Origin: a virus
IMG/VR virus record: IMGVR_UViG_3300046168_000070
Coordinates: 129,845-193,844 of that record
Strand: one strand, 5' to 3'
Length of the DNA: 64,000 nt
In this document: positions 18,177-28,940 of the stretch, one piece after another
How the letters are laid out: every line of letters begins with the position of its first letter
Position numbering within the stretch: the first letter of the stretch is position 1
The notes under the pieces: generated by a model
Database searches by the model: none
What the model was told of the DNA's origin: nothing
The model's input: only the letters and a program-made list of their open reading frames with translations
Position numbers and translations under genes: made by a program

Positions 18177-20648
18177 GTGAAAGGTAAAATATCATATGAA
18201 TCAGCTGGAATACTAATAGGTCCGTCGCCAGCCTTTTCTCCGCATACGGGAGAAGATAGCTATTGTATGATGGATCAGGTTAATAGAGTCCAGGATGCTA
18301 ATTTTAGTTTTTCTATAGAAAGACAAGACATAAAGCAAATTAATTCTTTTACGATGGCTGATAGGAAAGTAGTTTCTCAGCCAGAGGTTAATTTAAGTTT
18401 TTCTTATTTATTAACGAATTCATTTAATGAAAGAAAATTTGGATTTCATATTGGAGACGAAGAAAACTATTCCGCAATAAAAAATTTTTATGATAAAACT
18501 GTAGAAGATAGAAATTTATTTTTTTTAATAACAAATCGAGAAGGTAGACATTTAGAGTTTGCCACTAATATACATGAAGAAGCTTATAGAGATGAGCCTT
18601 TTACAGCCTCTATTGGCGCAGCTACTCAAGAGAATGAGATTGATGCTGATGTAAAAATGTATGATTTTAAAGATTATGATATCATTGGATTTGGAAATAG
18701 TTTCCTAACAAATTATTCCGTTTCAGCTGCTATAGGCTCTTATCCTTCAGCTAGCGTTGATTGGTCTTGTTGTAACATGAAGTTCGATAAACAAGATGAA
18801 TCTGAAAATATCACAAGAGGAATATCAAGTTCGCAAACTTTTACAGGTTGCCTTTCTAATATAGTTAAGCAAGGAGGGCAGGAGATGGCGGGCCCTGAAT
18901 CACTAGGCCAAGAAGTTATCATTTATAATAATGCAGTTAATGATGGAAGTCAAACATATTTTTTTGATAAAGAAGATAGCGCTTTAGTTTTAATACATCC
19001 AGATTGCGTAAGAAAAAGAGGTAAATGTAATAATTTAATAGATCCAGAAAAGTTCTCATTCGAATATGATGTTTCTTTGCCTGTTTCTCTAAATAGGGAT
19101 CAGTTTGATAGATCTGAAAAAGAAAGGCATTTTAGGGTGGAGGTAGATCTGGATATAGGAGTATTTGATGAAGAGGGCGCTTTTATTCAAGATGCAGATT
19201 TCACTTTATCTGATGTAGAGGTTTTTTTAGTGAAAGAAAATGAGTCAGGAAAAATTAAGAAATTAATACATGAATATGGGCAAGGTTATGGATACAAAAA
19301 ATTTAGGGTTAGAAACGTAGAAAATCAAATAAAAATCTTTTGGGATGATCATGACGCTGGTCATCTTGACTTGAGTGCGTTTATGGATAGTGATGTAAAA
19401 GCTACTTGGTCTTTGCATATATCTTCTTTTGCTGGCGGAAGATTAAATGAATTTAATGTTTCAGCTGTGGTTCCAATATATCATGATATACCAGCCATCA
19501 ATAGACAAACTGGCGATATTGCGAATAGGCCGAAATACAATATTATAGCTAATGATTTTATTTATCCAGAACATATAAACGCGCTATTGCCAGGAGATGT
19601 CGTTTTAGAGTTGGAAAATCCTAATGTAGGTGGTACTAAATTATTAAATGATGATAATAGTGTTAATATTCAGTCTTTCCAGATGGAGATACCTCTTGCT
19701 AGGGAAAATTTATTTAAATTAGGATCTAGATATGTTTGCGATAGAAAATTATTATTTCCACAATTACCAACTATCTCTATAACATTAATTGTTGATAAAT
19801 TACTACAAGGAGAGTTGCATCAAATATTTAATAGAGACAAAAAATATAATTTTAATATTAAATTAAAGAAAAATTTTGAAAAAGCTAATGCTTTGCCAGG
19901 TAGTCCACACTATATTGAAAATGAAAAAATATACGAGTCAGATTATTCAAAAACTTTAATTGAGGGTAATTGTGACAATTCAAATAAAGCTGGAGATTGG
20001 GTGGGGACAGAAGTTACTCAAGGTAGATATTATAAAAATTTACGGCATGAAGGTGGTTGGATCTATTATTCAGAAGATGACTCTCAGAGAAGAATTTCAG
20101 TTAACTATATGGGTACAGTTTTTAAAATAGTGAATCCAGAAGATCAGATTGCCCCTTTTCTCTTAGTGACAACGAAAGATATCCCTGCAAACTATAAGAT
20201 GAGAATTTTAGAGAGTGGCGAATATGCACAAACTGTATCTAAGGAAGATGGTATTTACAAAAGGAAAAGCGGTAAATATATAGGATCAATTAAAGATGAA
20301 GCTGCTGATAAAAATGCATGCGAAGATCGAAAAGTTTATTTAGGGGTAGATCGATATGAAGACCCAAGGTATTTTGGGAATGAAAATGAAGAATCCGTTA
20401 GGGAAGATTTTATAATATACAAAATAAGGGGAGCTAAATTAGTCTCTCAAGATTATACTTTAGGTTTGTCTGATATGATGGAGTGTAATTTGAGTTTTGA
20501 TTTCGAAATATCACCTGAATATGGATTTCATATACAAGGAGCGGGAGAACCTATATCTCAAGAGCATAACTTTTTAATATTTCAAGAAGATCAACCTTTT
20601 ATGATTACTATGGAAGATTCCGACTTGCCTATTTCTTTAAGGAGCTAA
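18177..20648 (+). CDS. Second tail-tube paralogue with two large inserted domains (one P-domain-like)
   Basis: Aligns with 16913-18100 (RVQDANFSFSIERQDIKQIN; GFGNSFLTNYSVSAAIGSYPSASV; IQSFQMEIPLARENLFKLG). The track start at 18150 lies inside the terminator, so the in-frame GTG at 18177, 8 nt after GTGTAA, is more likely. Confidence 0.75.
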   Translation: MKGKISYESAGILIGPSPAFSPHTGEDSYCMMDQVNRVQDANFSFSIERQDIKQINSFTMADRKVVSQPEVNLSFSYLLTNSFNERKFGFHIGDEENYSAIKNFYDKTVEDRNLFFLITNREGRHLEFATNIHEEAYRDEPFTASIGAATQENEIDADVKMYDFKDYDIIGFGNSFLTNYSVSAAIGSYPSASVDWSCCNMKFDKQDESENITRGISSSQTFTGCLSNIVKQGGQEMAGPESLGQEVIIYNNAVNDGSQTYFFDKEDSALVLIHPDCVRKRGKCNNLIDPEKFSFEYDVSLPVSLNRDQFDRSEKERHFRVEVDLDIGVFDEEGAFIQDADFTLSDVEVFLVKENESGKIKKLIHEYGQGYGYKKFRVRNVENQIKIFWDDHDAGHLDLSAFMDSDVKATWSLHISSFAGGRLNEFNVSAVVPIYHDIPAINRQTGDIANRPKYNIIANDFIYPEHINALLPGDVVLELENPNVGGTKLLNDDNSVNIQSFQMEIPLARENLFKLGSRYVCDRKLLFPQLPTISITLIVDKLLQGELHQIFNRDKKYNFNIKLKKNFEKANALPGSPHYIENEKIYESDYSKTLIEGNCDNSNKAGDWVGTEVTQGRYYKNLRHEGGWIYYSEDDSQRRISVNYMGTVFKIVNPEDQIAPFLLVTTKDIPANYKMRILESGEYAQTVSKEDGIYKRKSGKYIGSIKDEAADKNACEDRKVYLGVDRYEDPRYFGNENEESVREDFIIYKIRGAKLVSQDYTLGLSDMMECNLSFDFEISPEYGFHIQGAGEPISQEHNFLIFQEDQPFMITMEDSDLPISLRS

Positions 20649-20652
20649 AATA

Positions 20653-20658
20653 GTGTAA
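20653..20658 (+). promoter_or_regulatory. GTGTAA motif
   Basis: 9 nt before ATG 20668. Confidence 0.6.
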
Positions 20659-20667
20659 TTTTAAAAA

Positions 20668-23600
20668 ATGGCAGGAAATAGAAAAATATCTCAACTATCA
20701 ACATATTCTGGGTATGTTGCGCCTAAAGATTTATTTATAACTGCTACCCAGAGTACTCCTGTAAGGAATAAGCAAATATCATTTTATGATGGTGGCCCAG
20801 ATGGTCATAATTTAATATCTAGTATTCAGAAAGCAGGTAATTTTGTATCTACAACTGGAGTTGAGCAAATACATGGAGATAAATATTTTAGGAATAATAT
20901 AGATGTAAGAAGAAATGTAATAATTCATGGAGAAGATGATCCAGGAGAACATTCTGAAGATGCTTTATATGTATATGGTAATATAATTAATTCTGGAATA
21001 GATGTTTTAACATATGAGTCTAGTGATAATTTATGTATTGATATTCCAGTTGGAAATGTATCTCAGATTAATTCTAGAGGAGTTAGTAATTCATTTAATG
21101 TAGATGGTCACTTAGGAGTATATCCTGCTCGAGTTGATGATCAAAGCATATTTAACTATTACCCTATAGAAAAAGTACAAGTATTTTTTGAAATAGCTGA
21201 ATATAAAAACGATGATTTTATAAGAGTTTGGTCAGGAGTTAACCCTGTTACATTTGATACTGATCCTATTCATTATCAAACTAAAACTCCTGGATTAATA
21301 GATTCTACCGATGGTGCCGTAGGCTATCCACAACAAGAAATAGATTTTAAAGAAAAAAGTAATGTTGACGGATTATTTATAAAAATAACTTCTCCTGAAG
21401 GTACTGAATCTGAAGTTTATAATCATTTTCAAGGGTTAGATTACCAAAGAGATCATGCAGTGTTTAAAGATGAACAGGGAGTTGGAACTTGGAAGTTAAC
21501 TTTGATAGATGAGTGTGGAGATGTTATTGATGGCCAACTTAAAAAATGGTGGATAAAAATACATAGACGACTTGGCATTACTGAATTAGGGCATAACAAT
21601 GACACGACAGGTATTGATGCAATAAATATTGGTCAAAGCAACTCAAACTATGCTGAGTCGGGATCTATATATGGAAGAGAAAATATTAATTCGGGTTATA
21701 ACGCTTTTGTTGTTGGAGACTCAAATAAGCATACGGCTTTGGCTAGAATCTCAGACACATTTGGAAGAGGGAATCATATTGATACAACTGGTGCAAGTAC
21801 TTTTGGTAGTGGCAATTTTGTGACAGGAGAGTACTCTTCTACTGTAGGTTACGGCAACGACATTACTATTTCTGGAGTAAGAGCTCATACGATTGGTATA
21901 GAAAACGTAGCCAACGCAGAAGATTCTGTGATGGTTGGTAGCGGTAATGAGAATAACGCTGCTGACAGCATGACGGTAGGTTACGGAAACTTGAACGAGG
22001 ATGATGCTGATGGTTCACATGTATTTGGTAGAATAAACACTTCGGATTCATTTAGAGCAACTACGGTTGGTAGTGGTAACTTTGTAAGCGGAGACTATGC
22101 GTCAACTGTAGGTTATGGCAATGATGTAACCACGGCTGGAGTAAGAGCTCATACGATTGGTATGGAAAACGTAGCCAACGCAGAAGATTCTGTAATGGTT
22201 GGTAGCGGTAACGAAAACAACGCTGCTGACAGCATGACGGTAGGTTACGGAAACTTGAACGAGGATGATGCTGATGGTTCACATGTATTTGGTAGAATAA
22301 ACACCTCCGATTCATTTAGAGCAACTACGGTTGGTAGTGGTAACTTTGTAAGCGGGGACTATGCGTCAACTGTAGGTTATGGCAATGATGTAACCACGGC
22401 TGGAGTAAGAGCTCATACGATTGGTATGGAAAACGTAGCCAACGCAGAAGATTCTGTGATGGTTGGTAGCGGTAATGAGAATAACGCTGCTGACAGCATG
22501 ACGGTAGGTTACGGAAACTTGAACGAAGATGATGCTGATGGTTCACATGTATTTGGTAGAATAAATACCTCCGATTCATTTAGAGCAACTACGGTTGGTA
22601 GTGGTAACTTTGTAAGCGGGGACTATGCGTCAACTGTAGGTTATGGCAATGATGTAACCACGGCTGGAGTAAGAGCTCATACGATTGGTATGGAAAACGT
22701 AGCCAACGCAGAAGATTCTGTGATGGTTGGTAGCGGTAACGAAAACAACGCTGCTGACAGCATGACGGTAGGTTACGGAAACTTGAACGAGGATGACGCT
22801 GATGGTTCACATGTATTTGGCAGAATAAACACCTCCGATTCATTTAGAGCAACTACGGTTGGTAGCGGTAACTTTGTAAGCGGAGACTATGCGTCAACTG
22901 TAGGTTATGGCAATGATGTAACCACGGCTGGAGTAAGAGCTCATACGATTGGTATGGAAAACGTAGCCAACGCAGAAGATTCTGTGATGGTTGGTAGCGG
23001 TAACGAAAACAACGCTGCCGATAGCATGACCGTAGGCTACGGAAACTTAAATAAATCTGACGCAGACGGCTCTCATGTATTCGGAAGAAAAAATACTTCC
23101 GACTCTTTTAGAGCAACTACGGTTGGAAGTGGTAATATAAATAGCGGCGATTATTCAATGATTGCTGGGTATGGAAATAAAAATAATTCTGATGATTCAA
23201 TTATTGTCGGTTATGGAAATTTTGTAGATCTAGATGGAGATACATCTAATGTTTTTGGAAGATCTAATGAGATTTATTCTCCTTTTTCAACTGCTGTCGG
23301 CATAGATAATATCATAAGCGGGGAAAGCGGCGCGGCTTATGGCAACTTAAATACTGTAACAGAAAAGGGAGATAACACTTTAATATTTGGTATCGGGAAC
23401 ACTGGTAATGCAGAAGATTGTGTTATTCTCGGTAAGGAAAATGTGATTAATTCTGCAAATTCTGTTATTGGTGGATATAGGAATTATACTGATTCTACAG
23501 CTGCCGACATAACTATATTTGGTAGAAAAAATAAAGTTGAGTCAGCTACTTCCGTAAGAACAATGGGTAGCGGTAATAGGGCTTTGGCTGATTTATCTAG

Positions 23601-26600
23601 TACTTTTGGTAACGCTAATTTGGCGGATACTAAAGCTACATTTGGGAATATTTTTGGAAACTTTAATACAGGCGACGCAATTGCTGCAGGCATATTTGGT
23701 AGTGGCAATAGAAACTACGCGAACCATTCTTATATTTTTGGTAATGATAATTTAAATACTAGTACCGCTTTTAAGTCAAATACAATAGGTGAAGACAATA
23801 TTAATAACGGCGATAGATCTATTGTCTTAGGTAGTGGGAATATTAATAGCGGAACTTTTAGTGCGATTTTTGGGTATGGCAACGATAGCACAATATTAGC
23901 TGAAAGATCTCATGTATTTGGTATCGAGAACATAAGTAATGCAGAAGATTCTGTGATGGTTGGTAGCGGTAATGAGAATAACGCTGTCGATAGCATGACC
24001 GTAGGTTATGGAAATTTAAACGAAGACGAAGCTGATGGTTCACATGTATTTGGTAGAATAAACACCTCCGATTCATTTAGAGCAACTACGGTTGGTAGTG
24101 GTAACTTTGTAAGTGGCAACTATGCGTCAACTGTAGGTTATGGTAATGATGTAACCACGTCTGGCGTCAGAGCTCATACGATTGGTATGGAAAACGTAGC
24201 CAACGCAGAAGATTCTGTGATGGTTGGTAGCGGTAATGAGAATAACGCTGCTGACAGCATGACGGTAGGTTACGGAAACTTGAACGAAGATGATGCTGAT
24301 GGTTCACATGTATTTGGTAGAATAAACACCTCCGATTCATTTAGAGCAACTACGGTTGGTAGTGGTAACTTTGTAAGTGGCAACTATGCGTCAACTGTAG
24401 GTTATGGCAATGATGTAACCACGGCTGGAGTAAGAGCTCATACGATTGGTATGGAAAACGTAGCCAACGCAGAAGATTCTGTGATGGTTGGTAGCGGTAA
24501 TGAGAATAACGCTGCTGACAGCATGACGGTAGGTTACGGAAACTTGAACGAGGATGATGCTGATGGTTCACATGTATTTGGTAGAATAAATACCTCCGAT
24601 TCATTTAGAGCAACTACGGTTGGTAGTGGTAACTTTGTAAGCGGCAACTATGCGTCAACTGTAGGTTATGGCAATGATGTAACCACGGCTGGAGTAAGAG
24701 CTCATACGATTGGTATGGAAAACGTAGCCAACGCAGAAGATTCTGTGATGGTTGGTAGCGGTAACGAAAACAACGCTGCTGACAGCATGACGGTAGGTTA
24801 CGGAAACTTGAACGAGGATGATGCTGATGGTTCACATGTATTTGGTAGAATAAACACCTCCGATTCATTTAGAGCAACTACGGTTGGTAGTGGTAATTTT
24901 GTAAGTGGCAACTATGCGTCAACTGTAGGTTATGGCAATGATGTAACCACGGCTGGAGTAAGAGCTCATACGATTGGTATGGAAAACGTAGCCAACGCAG
25001 AAGATTCTGTGATGGTTGGTAGCGGTAATGAGAATAACGCTGCTGACAGCATGACGGTAGGTTACGGAAACTTGAACGAGGATGATGCTGATGGTTCACA
25101 TGTATTTGGTAGAATAAATACCTCCGATTCATTTAGAGCAACTACGGTTGGTAGTGGTAACTTTGTAAGCGGCAACTATGCGTCAACTGTAGGTTATGGC
25201 AATGATGTAACCACGGCTGGAGTAAGAGCTCATACGATTGGTATGGAAAACGTAGCCAACGCAGAAGATTCTGTGATGGTTGGTAGCGGTAATGAGAATA
25301 ACGCTGCCGATAGCATGACCGTAGGTTACGGAAACTTGAACGAGGATGATGCTGATGGTTCACATGTATTTGGTAGAATAAACACCTCCGATTCATTTAG
25401 AGCAACTACGGTTGGTAGTGGTAATTTTGTAAGTGGCAACTATGCGTCAACTGTAGGTTATGGCAATGATGTAACCACGGCTGGAGTAAGAGCTCATACG
25501 ATTGGTATGGAAAACGTAGCCAACGCAGAAGATTCTGTGATGGTTGGTAGCGGTAATGAGAATAACGCTGCTGACAGCATGACGGTAGGTTACGGAAACT
25601 TGAACGAGGATGATGCTGATGGTTCACATGTATTTGGTAGAATAAATACCTCCGATTCATTTAGAGCAACTACGGTTGGTAGTGGTAATTTTGTAAGTGG
25701 CAACTATGCGTCAACTGTAGGTTATGGCAATGATGTAACCACGGCTGGAGTAAGAGCTCATACGATTGGTATGGAAAACGTAGCCAACGCAGAAGATTCT
25801 GTGATGGTTGGTAGCGGTAACGAAAACAACGCTGCTGACAGCATGACGGTAGGTTACGGAAACTTGAACGAGGATGATGCTGATGGTTCACATGTATTTG
25901 GTAGAATAAACACCTCCGATTCATTTAGAGCAACTACGGTTGGTAGTGGTAACTTTGTAAGTGGCAACTATGCGTCAACTGTAGGTTATGGCAATGATGT
26001 AACCACGGCTGGAGTAAGAGCTCATACGATTGGTATGGAAAACGTAGCCAACGCAGAAGATTCTGTGATGGTTGGTAGCGGTAATGAGAATAACGCTGCT
26101 GACAGCATGACGGTAGGTTACGGAAACTTGAACGAGGATGATGCTGATGGTTCACATGTATTTGGTAGAATAAATACCTCCGATTCATTTAGAGCAACTA
26201 CGGTTGGTAGTGGTAACTTTGTAAGCGGCAACTATGCGTCAACTGTAGGTTATGGCAATGATGTAACCACGGCTGGAGTAAGAGCTCATACGATTGGTAT
26301 GGAAAACGTAGCCAACGCAGAAGATTCTGTGATGGTTGGTAGCGGTAATAAAAATAACGAAGGAGACTCTTTTATAGCTGGTTATGGCAACGAAAATCAT
26401 GCGCTAAATAGCATGACCGTAGGATACGGAAACTTAAATAAGGACGGCGCTGATGGCTCACACGTATTTGGTAGAAATAATACTTCTGATTCTTTTAGGG
26501 CTACAACTGTGGGTAGTGGTAATTTTATAACAGGCGATTATGCTTCTACGATTGGTTATAGAAATCATGTTACTTTGTTAGGAGAAAGAGCTCATACCTT

Positions 26601-28935
26601 TGGTATGGAAAATATTGCTAACGCTAAGGATTCAATATTAATAGGTAGTGGAAACTTAAACGAAGGCGAAGATTCTTTAACTGTAGGTTATGGTAACATA
26701 AACGAAGGGGTACACTCTCATATTTTCGGCAGAGACAATAGAACAAGCGGAAATAGATCTTTAACTTTTGGTATAAACAATTATGTAGGAGCAGAAACAG
26801 CTACTATTATAGGTGATGCTAATGATGTTGAAGGCAAGGATTCGAGAACTTTTGGTCTAGGTAATACATCTACTGAGTTTGGAATAAGAAGTCATATTGT
26901 TGGAAATGATAATATATCTAACTCTAAAGATTCTTTTATACTTGGTAGTGGTAATGAAAATAATTCTATTGATTCAGTTTTAATTGGTTACGATAATCAA
27001 AATTTATTAGATCCATATGTTGATGGTAGAGAATCTTTTATAGTAGGTTATTCAAATGAAAATTGGTCTAAAAAGCATACTATTATTGGTTTCCAAAATA
27101 CTGGAAGTGGAGATAATTCTTTTACAGTGGGGAGAGATAATATTAGTGACTTTTTTGGAACAGACGGTTATATTGTAGGTATAGAAAATGAAAATAATGG
27201 TGATAAGACTCACATTATAGGAAATAGAAATTATAATTGTCAATCTGAAAATGCAGCTATTTTTGGGCACGATAATATGGTAAGAGCTTGCTGTGATAAT
27301 AGGCAGGATAGTTTCCCTCAAGCTCATTGGTCTCATGTTTTTGGTAGAGCTAATTATGTATTCTCTTTTAAATCAAATGTTTTTGGTAGTGAAAATATAG
27401 CAAGTGGTCAATATTCTCATATAGGAGGCTTTGGTAATTTTAGTTTTACCGAAGCTTATAGGCCTCATATTTTTGGAATTAATAATACTGGTTGGGATGG
27501 CGATTCTATCATGATACTTGGTAGTGGTAATGAAGTCAGTGGAGATCATTCATTTACTGCTGGGTATGGAAACTCAAACACGCAGAGCGGGAGTAGGTCG
27601 TATATACTAGGTATGGAAAATGTAGCCAACGCAGAAGATTCTGTGATGGTTGGTAGCGGTAACGAAAACAACGCTGCCGATAGCATGACCGTAGGTTACG
27701 GAAACTTAAACGAGGATGATGCTGATGGTTCACATGTATTTGGTAGAATAAACACCTCCGATTCATTTAGAGCAACTACGGTTGGTAGTGGTAATTTTGT
27801 GAGTGGAGATTATGCTAATACATTGGGTTACGGAAATAAAGTAACTGATAGTGGCGACAGGTCTTATACTTTAGGGATGGAGAATTTTAATAATGCAGAG
27901 AATGCATTTATTATAGGTAGTGGGAATACAAACCATAAAAAAGATACAACTACAGTAGGATACGGAAATTTAAATGAAGGTAGCTTGTCGATGATTTTTG
28001 GTTATGAGAATCATATACAAGAAGATGTTGAGAGAGCTTCTATTTTTGGTAGAGGTATTACTTTAGGCATAAATGACGCTTTTCAGTTTGGACCTAATGA
28101 AAGCGGTAAAATAACAATTTTAGAGAATGGTCATATAGGGATCGGGGCCACAGGAGAAATCCCCTTTGAAGACCCTCAAGAATTACTACATTTGTATGAT
28201 GGTAACGTTTTATTTGAGTCTAAGGATAGTGGTGGCGAAGTTAGGTTTTATAATAACTTGGAAGAGCCTGAGTTTCATAATCCATCTCAAGATGATATTA
28301 GATTTGTTGTGTCAGGAGCAAATCAAAGAATACAAGGTGATTTAATTTTATCTACAGGCATTGGCGATAAAGGGCAAACATTGCATGGTAGAATATTCCA
28401 AGAGGCATCTCATTATGAAAAAATAACTGGAATGAATTGGGGGAGAGCACCTTTTGGACCAACTGATACTTGCGACTATGATCAGCTTGTATTTCATCCT
28501 AATAAATTAGACACTATTATAGGTACAGATGGTAGCATTAATCAACACAAAGTTGGAGTACATGCTGCTGAAGATTTTTGCAATACCCTAAATAACCCTG
28601 ATAGTATGATGCCTGAGCCAGGTCGCAGAATTTTATACGCACCTCGACCTGGAGACCCTCACGGCGTCTTATATAATGTTGAGCCTACTGGCGCAATTTT
28701 TGCTAGATATACAATATATGATGTGCCAGAAATGGATATATTTAGTGCAGTATTACCTTCTGCCGAACTAAGTAGTGGAGCTGCCTATACAGTAAAAAAT
28801 GTAGGCAAAGGGAAGACTAACGTATTTGTAACTGGTGAAGATAAATTAGATATACTTTTTACAGGATTTATGATTGAGGCTAGATTTGAAAGTCATACAT
28901 TTATTAGCGATGGAAACGGCTGGTTTATAGTTTAA
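20668..28935 (+). CDS. Giant tail fibre / adhesin (2755 aa): P-domain-like insert plus long YadA-head-like (xxGxxN) beta-roll repeats
   Basis: LFIKITSPEGT...VFKDEQGVGTWKLTLIDE..G.LKKWWIKI matches the proprotein-convertase P-domain pattern. About 2100 aa of 14-16-aa G..N repeats follow, then HIGIGATGE...PQELLHL, a fibre-type motif. Confidence 0.8.
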   Translation: MAGNRKISQLSTYSGYVAPKDLFITATQSTPVRNKQISFYDGGPDGHNLISSIQKAGNFVSTTGVEQIHGDKYFRNNIDVRRNVIIHGEDDPGEHSEDALYVYGNIINSGIDVLTYESSDNLCIDIPVGNVSQINSRGVSNSFNVDGHLGVYPARVDDQSIFNYYPIEKVQVFFEIAEYKNDDFIRVWSGVNPVTFDTDPIHYQTKTPGLIDSTDGAVGYPQQEIDFKEKSNVDGLFIKITSPEGTESEVYNHFQGLDYQRDHAVFKDEQGVGTWKLTLIDECGDVIDGQLKKWWIKIHRRLGITELGHNNDTTGIDAINIGQSNSNYAESGSIYGRENINSGYNAFVVGDSNKHTALARISDTFGRGNHIDTTGASTFGSGNFVTGEYSSTVGYGNDITISGVRAHTIGIENVANAEDSVMVGSGNENNAADSMTVGYGNLNEDDADGSHVFGRINTSDSFRATTVGSGNFVSGDYASTVGYGNDVTTAGVRAHTIGMENVANAEDSVMVGSGNENNAADSMTVGYGNLNEDDADGSHVFGRINTSDSFRATTVGSGNFVSGDYASTVGYGNDVTTAGVRAHTIGMENVANAEDSVMVGSGNENNAADSMTVGYGNLNEDDADGSHVFGRINTSDSFRATTVGSGNFVSGDYASTVGYGNDVTTAGVRAHTIGMENVANAEDSVMVGSGNENNAADSMTVGYGNLNEDDADGSHVFGRINTSDSFRATTVGSGNFVSGDYASTVGYGNDVTTAGVRAHTIGMENVANAEDSVMVGSGNENNAADSMTVGYGNLNKSDADGSHVFGRKNTSDSFRATTVGSGNINSGDYSMIAGYGNKNNSDDSIIVGYGNFVDLDGDTSNVFGRSNEIYSPFSTAVGIDNIISGESGAAYGNLNTVTEKGDNTLIFGIGNTGNAEDCVILGKENVINSANSVIGGYRNYTDSTAADITIFGRKNKVESATSVRTMGSGNRALADLSSTFGNANLADTKATFGNIFGNFNTGDAIAAGIFGSGNRNYANHSYIFGNDNLNTSTAFKSNTIGEDNINNGDRSIVLGSGNINSGTFSAIFGYGNDSTILAERSHVFGIENISNAEDSVMVGSGNENNAVDSMTVGYGNLNEDEADGSHVFGRINTSDSFRATTVGSGNFVSGNYASTVGYGNDVTTSGVRAHTIGMENVANAEDSVMVGSGNENNAADSMTVGYGNLNEDDADGSHVFGRINTSDSFRATTVGSGNFVSGNYASTVGYGNDVTTAGVRAHTIGMENVANAEDSVMVGSGNENNAADSMTVGYGNLNEDDADGSHVFGRINTSDSFRATTVGSGNFVSGNYASTVGYGNDVTTAGVRAHTIGMENVANAEDSVMVGSGNENNAADSMTVGYGNLNEDDADGSHVFGRINTSDSFRATTVGSGNFVSGNYASTVGYGNDVTTAGVRAHTIGMENVANAEDSVMVGSGNENNAADSMTVGYGNLNEDDADGSHVFGRINTSDSFRATTVGSGNFVSGNYASTVGYGNDVTTAGVRAHTIGMENVANAEDSVMVGSGNENNAADSMTVGYGNLNEDDADGSHVFGRINTSDSFRATTVGSGNFVSGNYASTVGYGNDVTTAGVRAHTIGMENVANAEDSVMVGSGNENNAADSMTVGYGNLNEDDADGSHVFGRINTSDSFRATTVGSGNFVSGNYASTVGYGNDVTTAGVRAHTIGMENVANAEDSVMVGSGNENNAADSMTVGYGNLNEDDADGSHVFGRINTSDSFRATTVGSGNFVSGNYASTVGYGNDVTTAGVRAHTIGMENVANAEDSVMVGSGNENNAADSMTVGYGNLNEDDADGSHVFGRINTSDSFRATTVGSGNFVSGNYASTVGYGNDVTTAGVRAHTIGMENVANAEDSVMVGSGNKNNEGDSFIAGYGNENHALNSMTVGYGNLNKDGADGSHVFGRNNTSDSFRATTVGSGNFITGDYASTIGYRNHVTLLGERAHTFGMENIANAKDSILIGSGNLNEGEDSLTVGYGNINEGVHSHIFGRDNRTSGNRSLTFGINNYVGAETATIIGDANDVEGKDSRTFGLGNTSTEFGIRSHIVGNDNISNSKDSFILGSGNENNSIDSVLIGYDNQNLLDPYVDGRESFIVGYSNENWSKKHTIIGFQNTGSGDNSFTVGRDNISDFFGTDGYIVGIENENNGDKTHIIGNRNYNCQSENAAIFGHDNMVRACCDNRQDSFPQAHWSHVFGRANYVFSFKSNVFGSENIASGQYSHIGGFGNFSFTEAYRPHIFGINNTGWDGDSIMILGSGNEVSGDHSFTAGYGNSNTQSGSRSYILGMENVANAEDSVMVGSGNENNAADSMTVGYGNLNEDDADGSHVFGRINTSDSFRATTVGSGNFVSGDYANTLGYGNKVTDSGDRSYTLGMENFNNAENAFIIGSGNTNHKKDTTTVGYGNLNEGSLSMIFGYENHIQEDVERASIFGRGITLGINDAFQFGPNESGKITILENGHIGIGATGEIPFEDPQELLHLYDGNVLFESKDSGGEVRFYNNLEEPEFHNPSQDDIRFVVSGANQRIQGDLILSTGIGDKGQTLHGRIFQEASHYEKITGMNWGRAPFGPTDTCDYDQLVFHPNKLDTIIGTDGSINQHKVGVHAAEDFCNTLNNPDSMMPEPGRRILYAPRPGDPHGVLYNVEPTGAIFARYTIYDVPEMDIFSAVLPSAELSSGAAYTVKNVGKGKTNVFVTGEDKLDILFTGFMIEARFESHTFISDGNGWFIV
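21916..22971 (+). repeat. 264-bp (88-aa) tandem repeat, block 1, 4 full copies plus diverged flanks
   Basis: Unit AEDSVMVGSGNENN...HTIGMENVAN starts at 21916, 22180, 22444, 22708 (partial at 22972). Confidence 0.95.
23941..26316 (+). repeat. 264-bp tandem repeat, block 2, 9 full copies
   Basis: Units start at 23941 and every 264 bp to 26053; a diverged tenth starts at 26317. Confidence 0.95.
27631..27830 (+). repeat. Isolated partial copy of the 264-bp unit (block 3)
   Basis: gcagaagattctgtgatggttggtagcggtaacgaaaacaac... near-identical to blocks 1 and 2. Confidence 0.9.
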
Positions 28936-28940
28936 ATGAA

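Noticed and set aside
21866-27766. Series of 84-aa antisense ORFs spaced 264 bp apart
   Set aside because: Shadows of the tandem repeat on the opposite strand; no independent signals.
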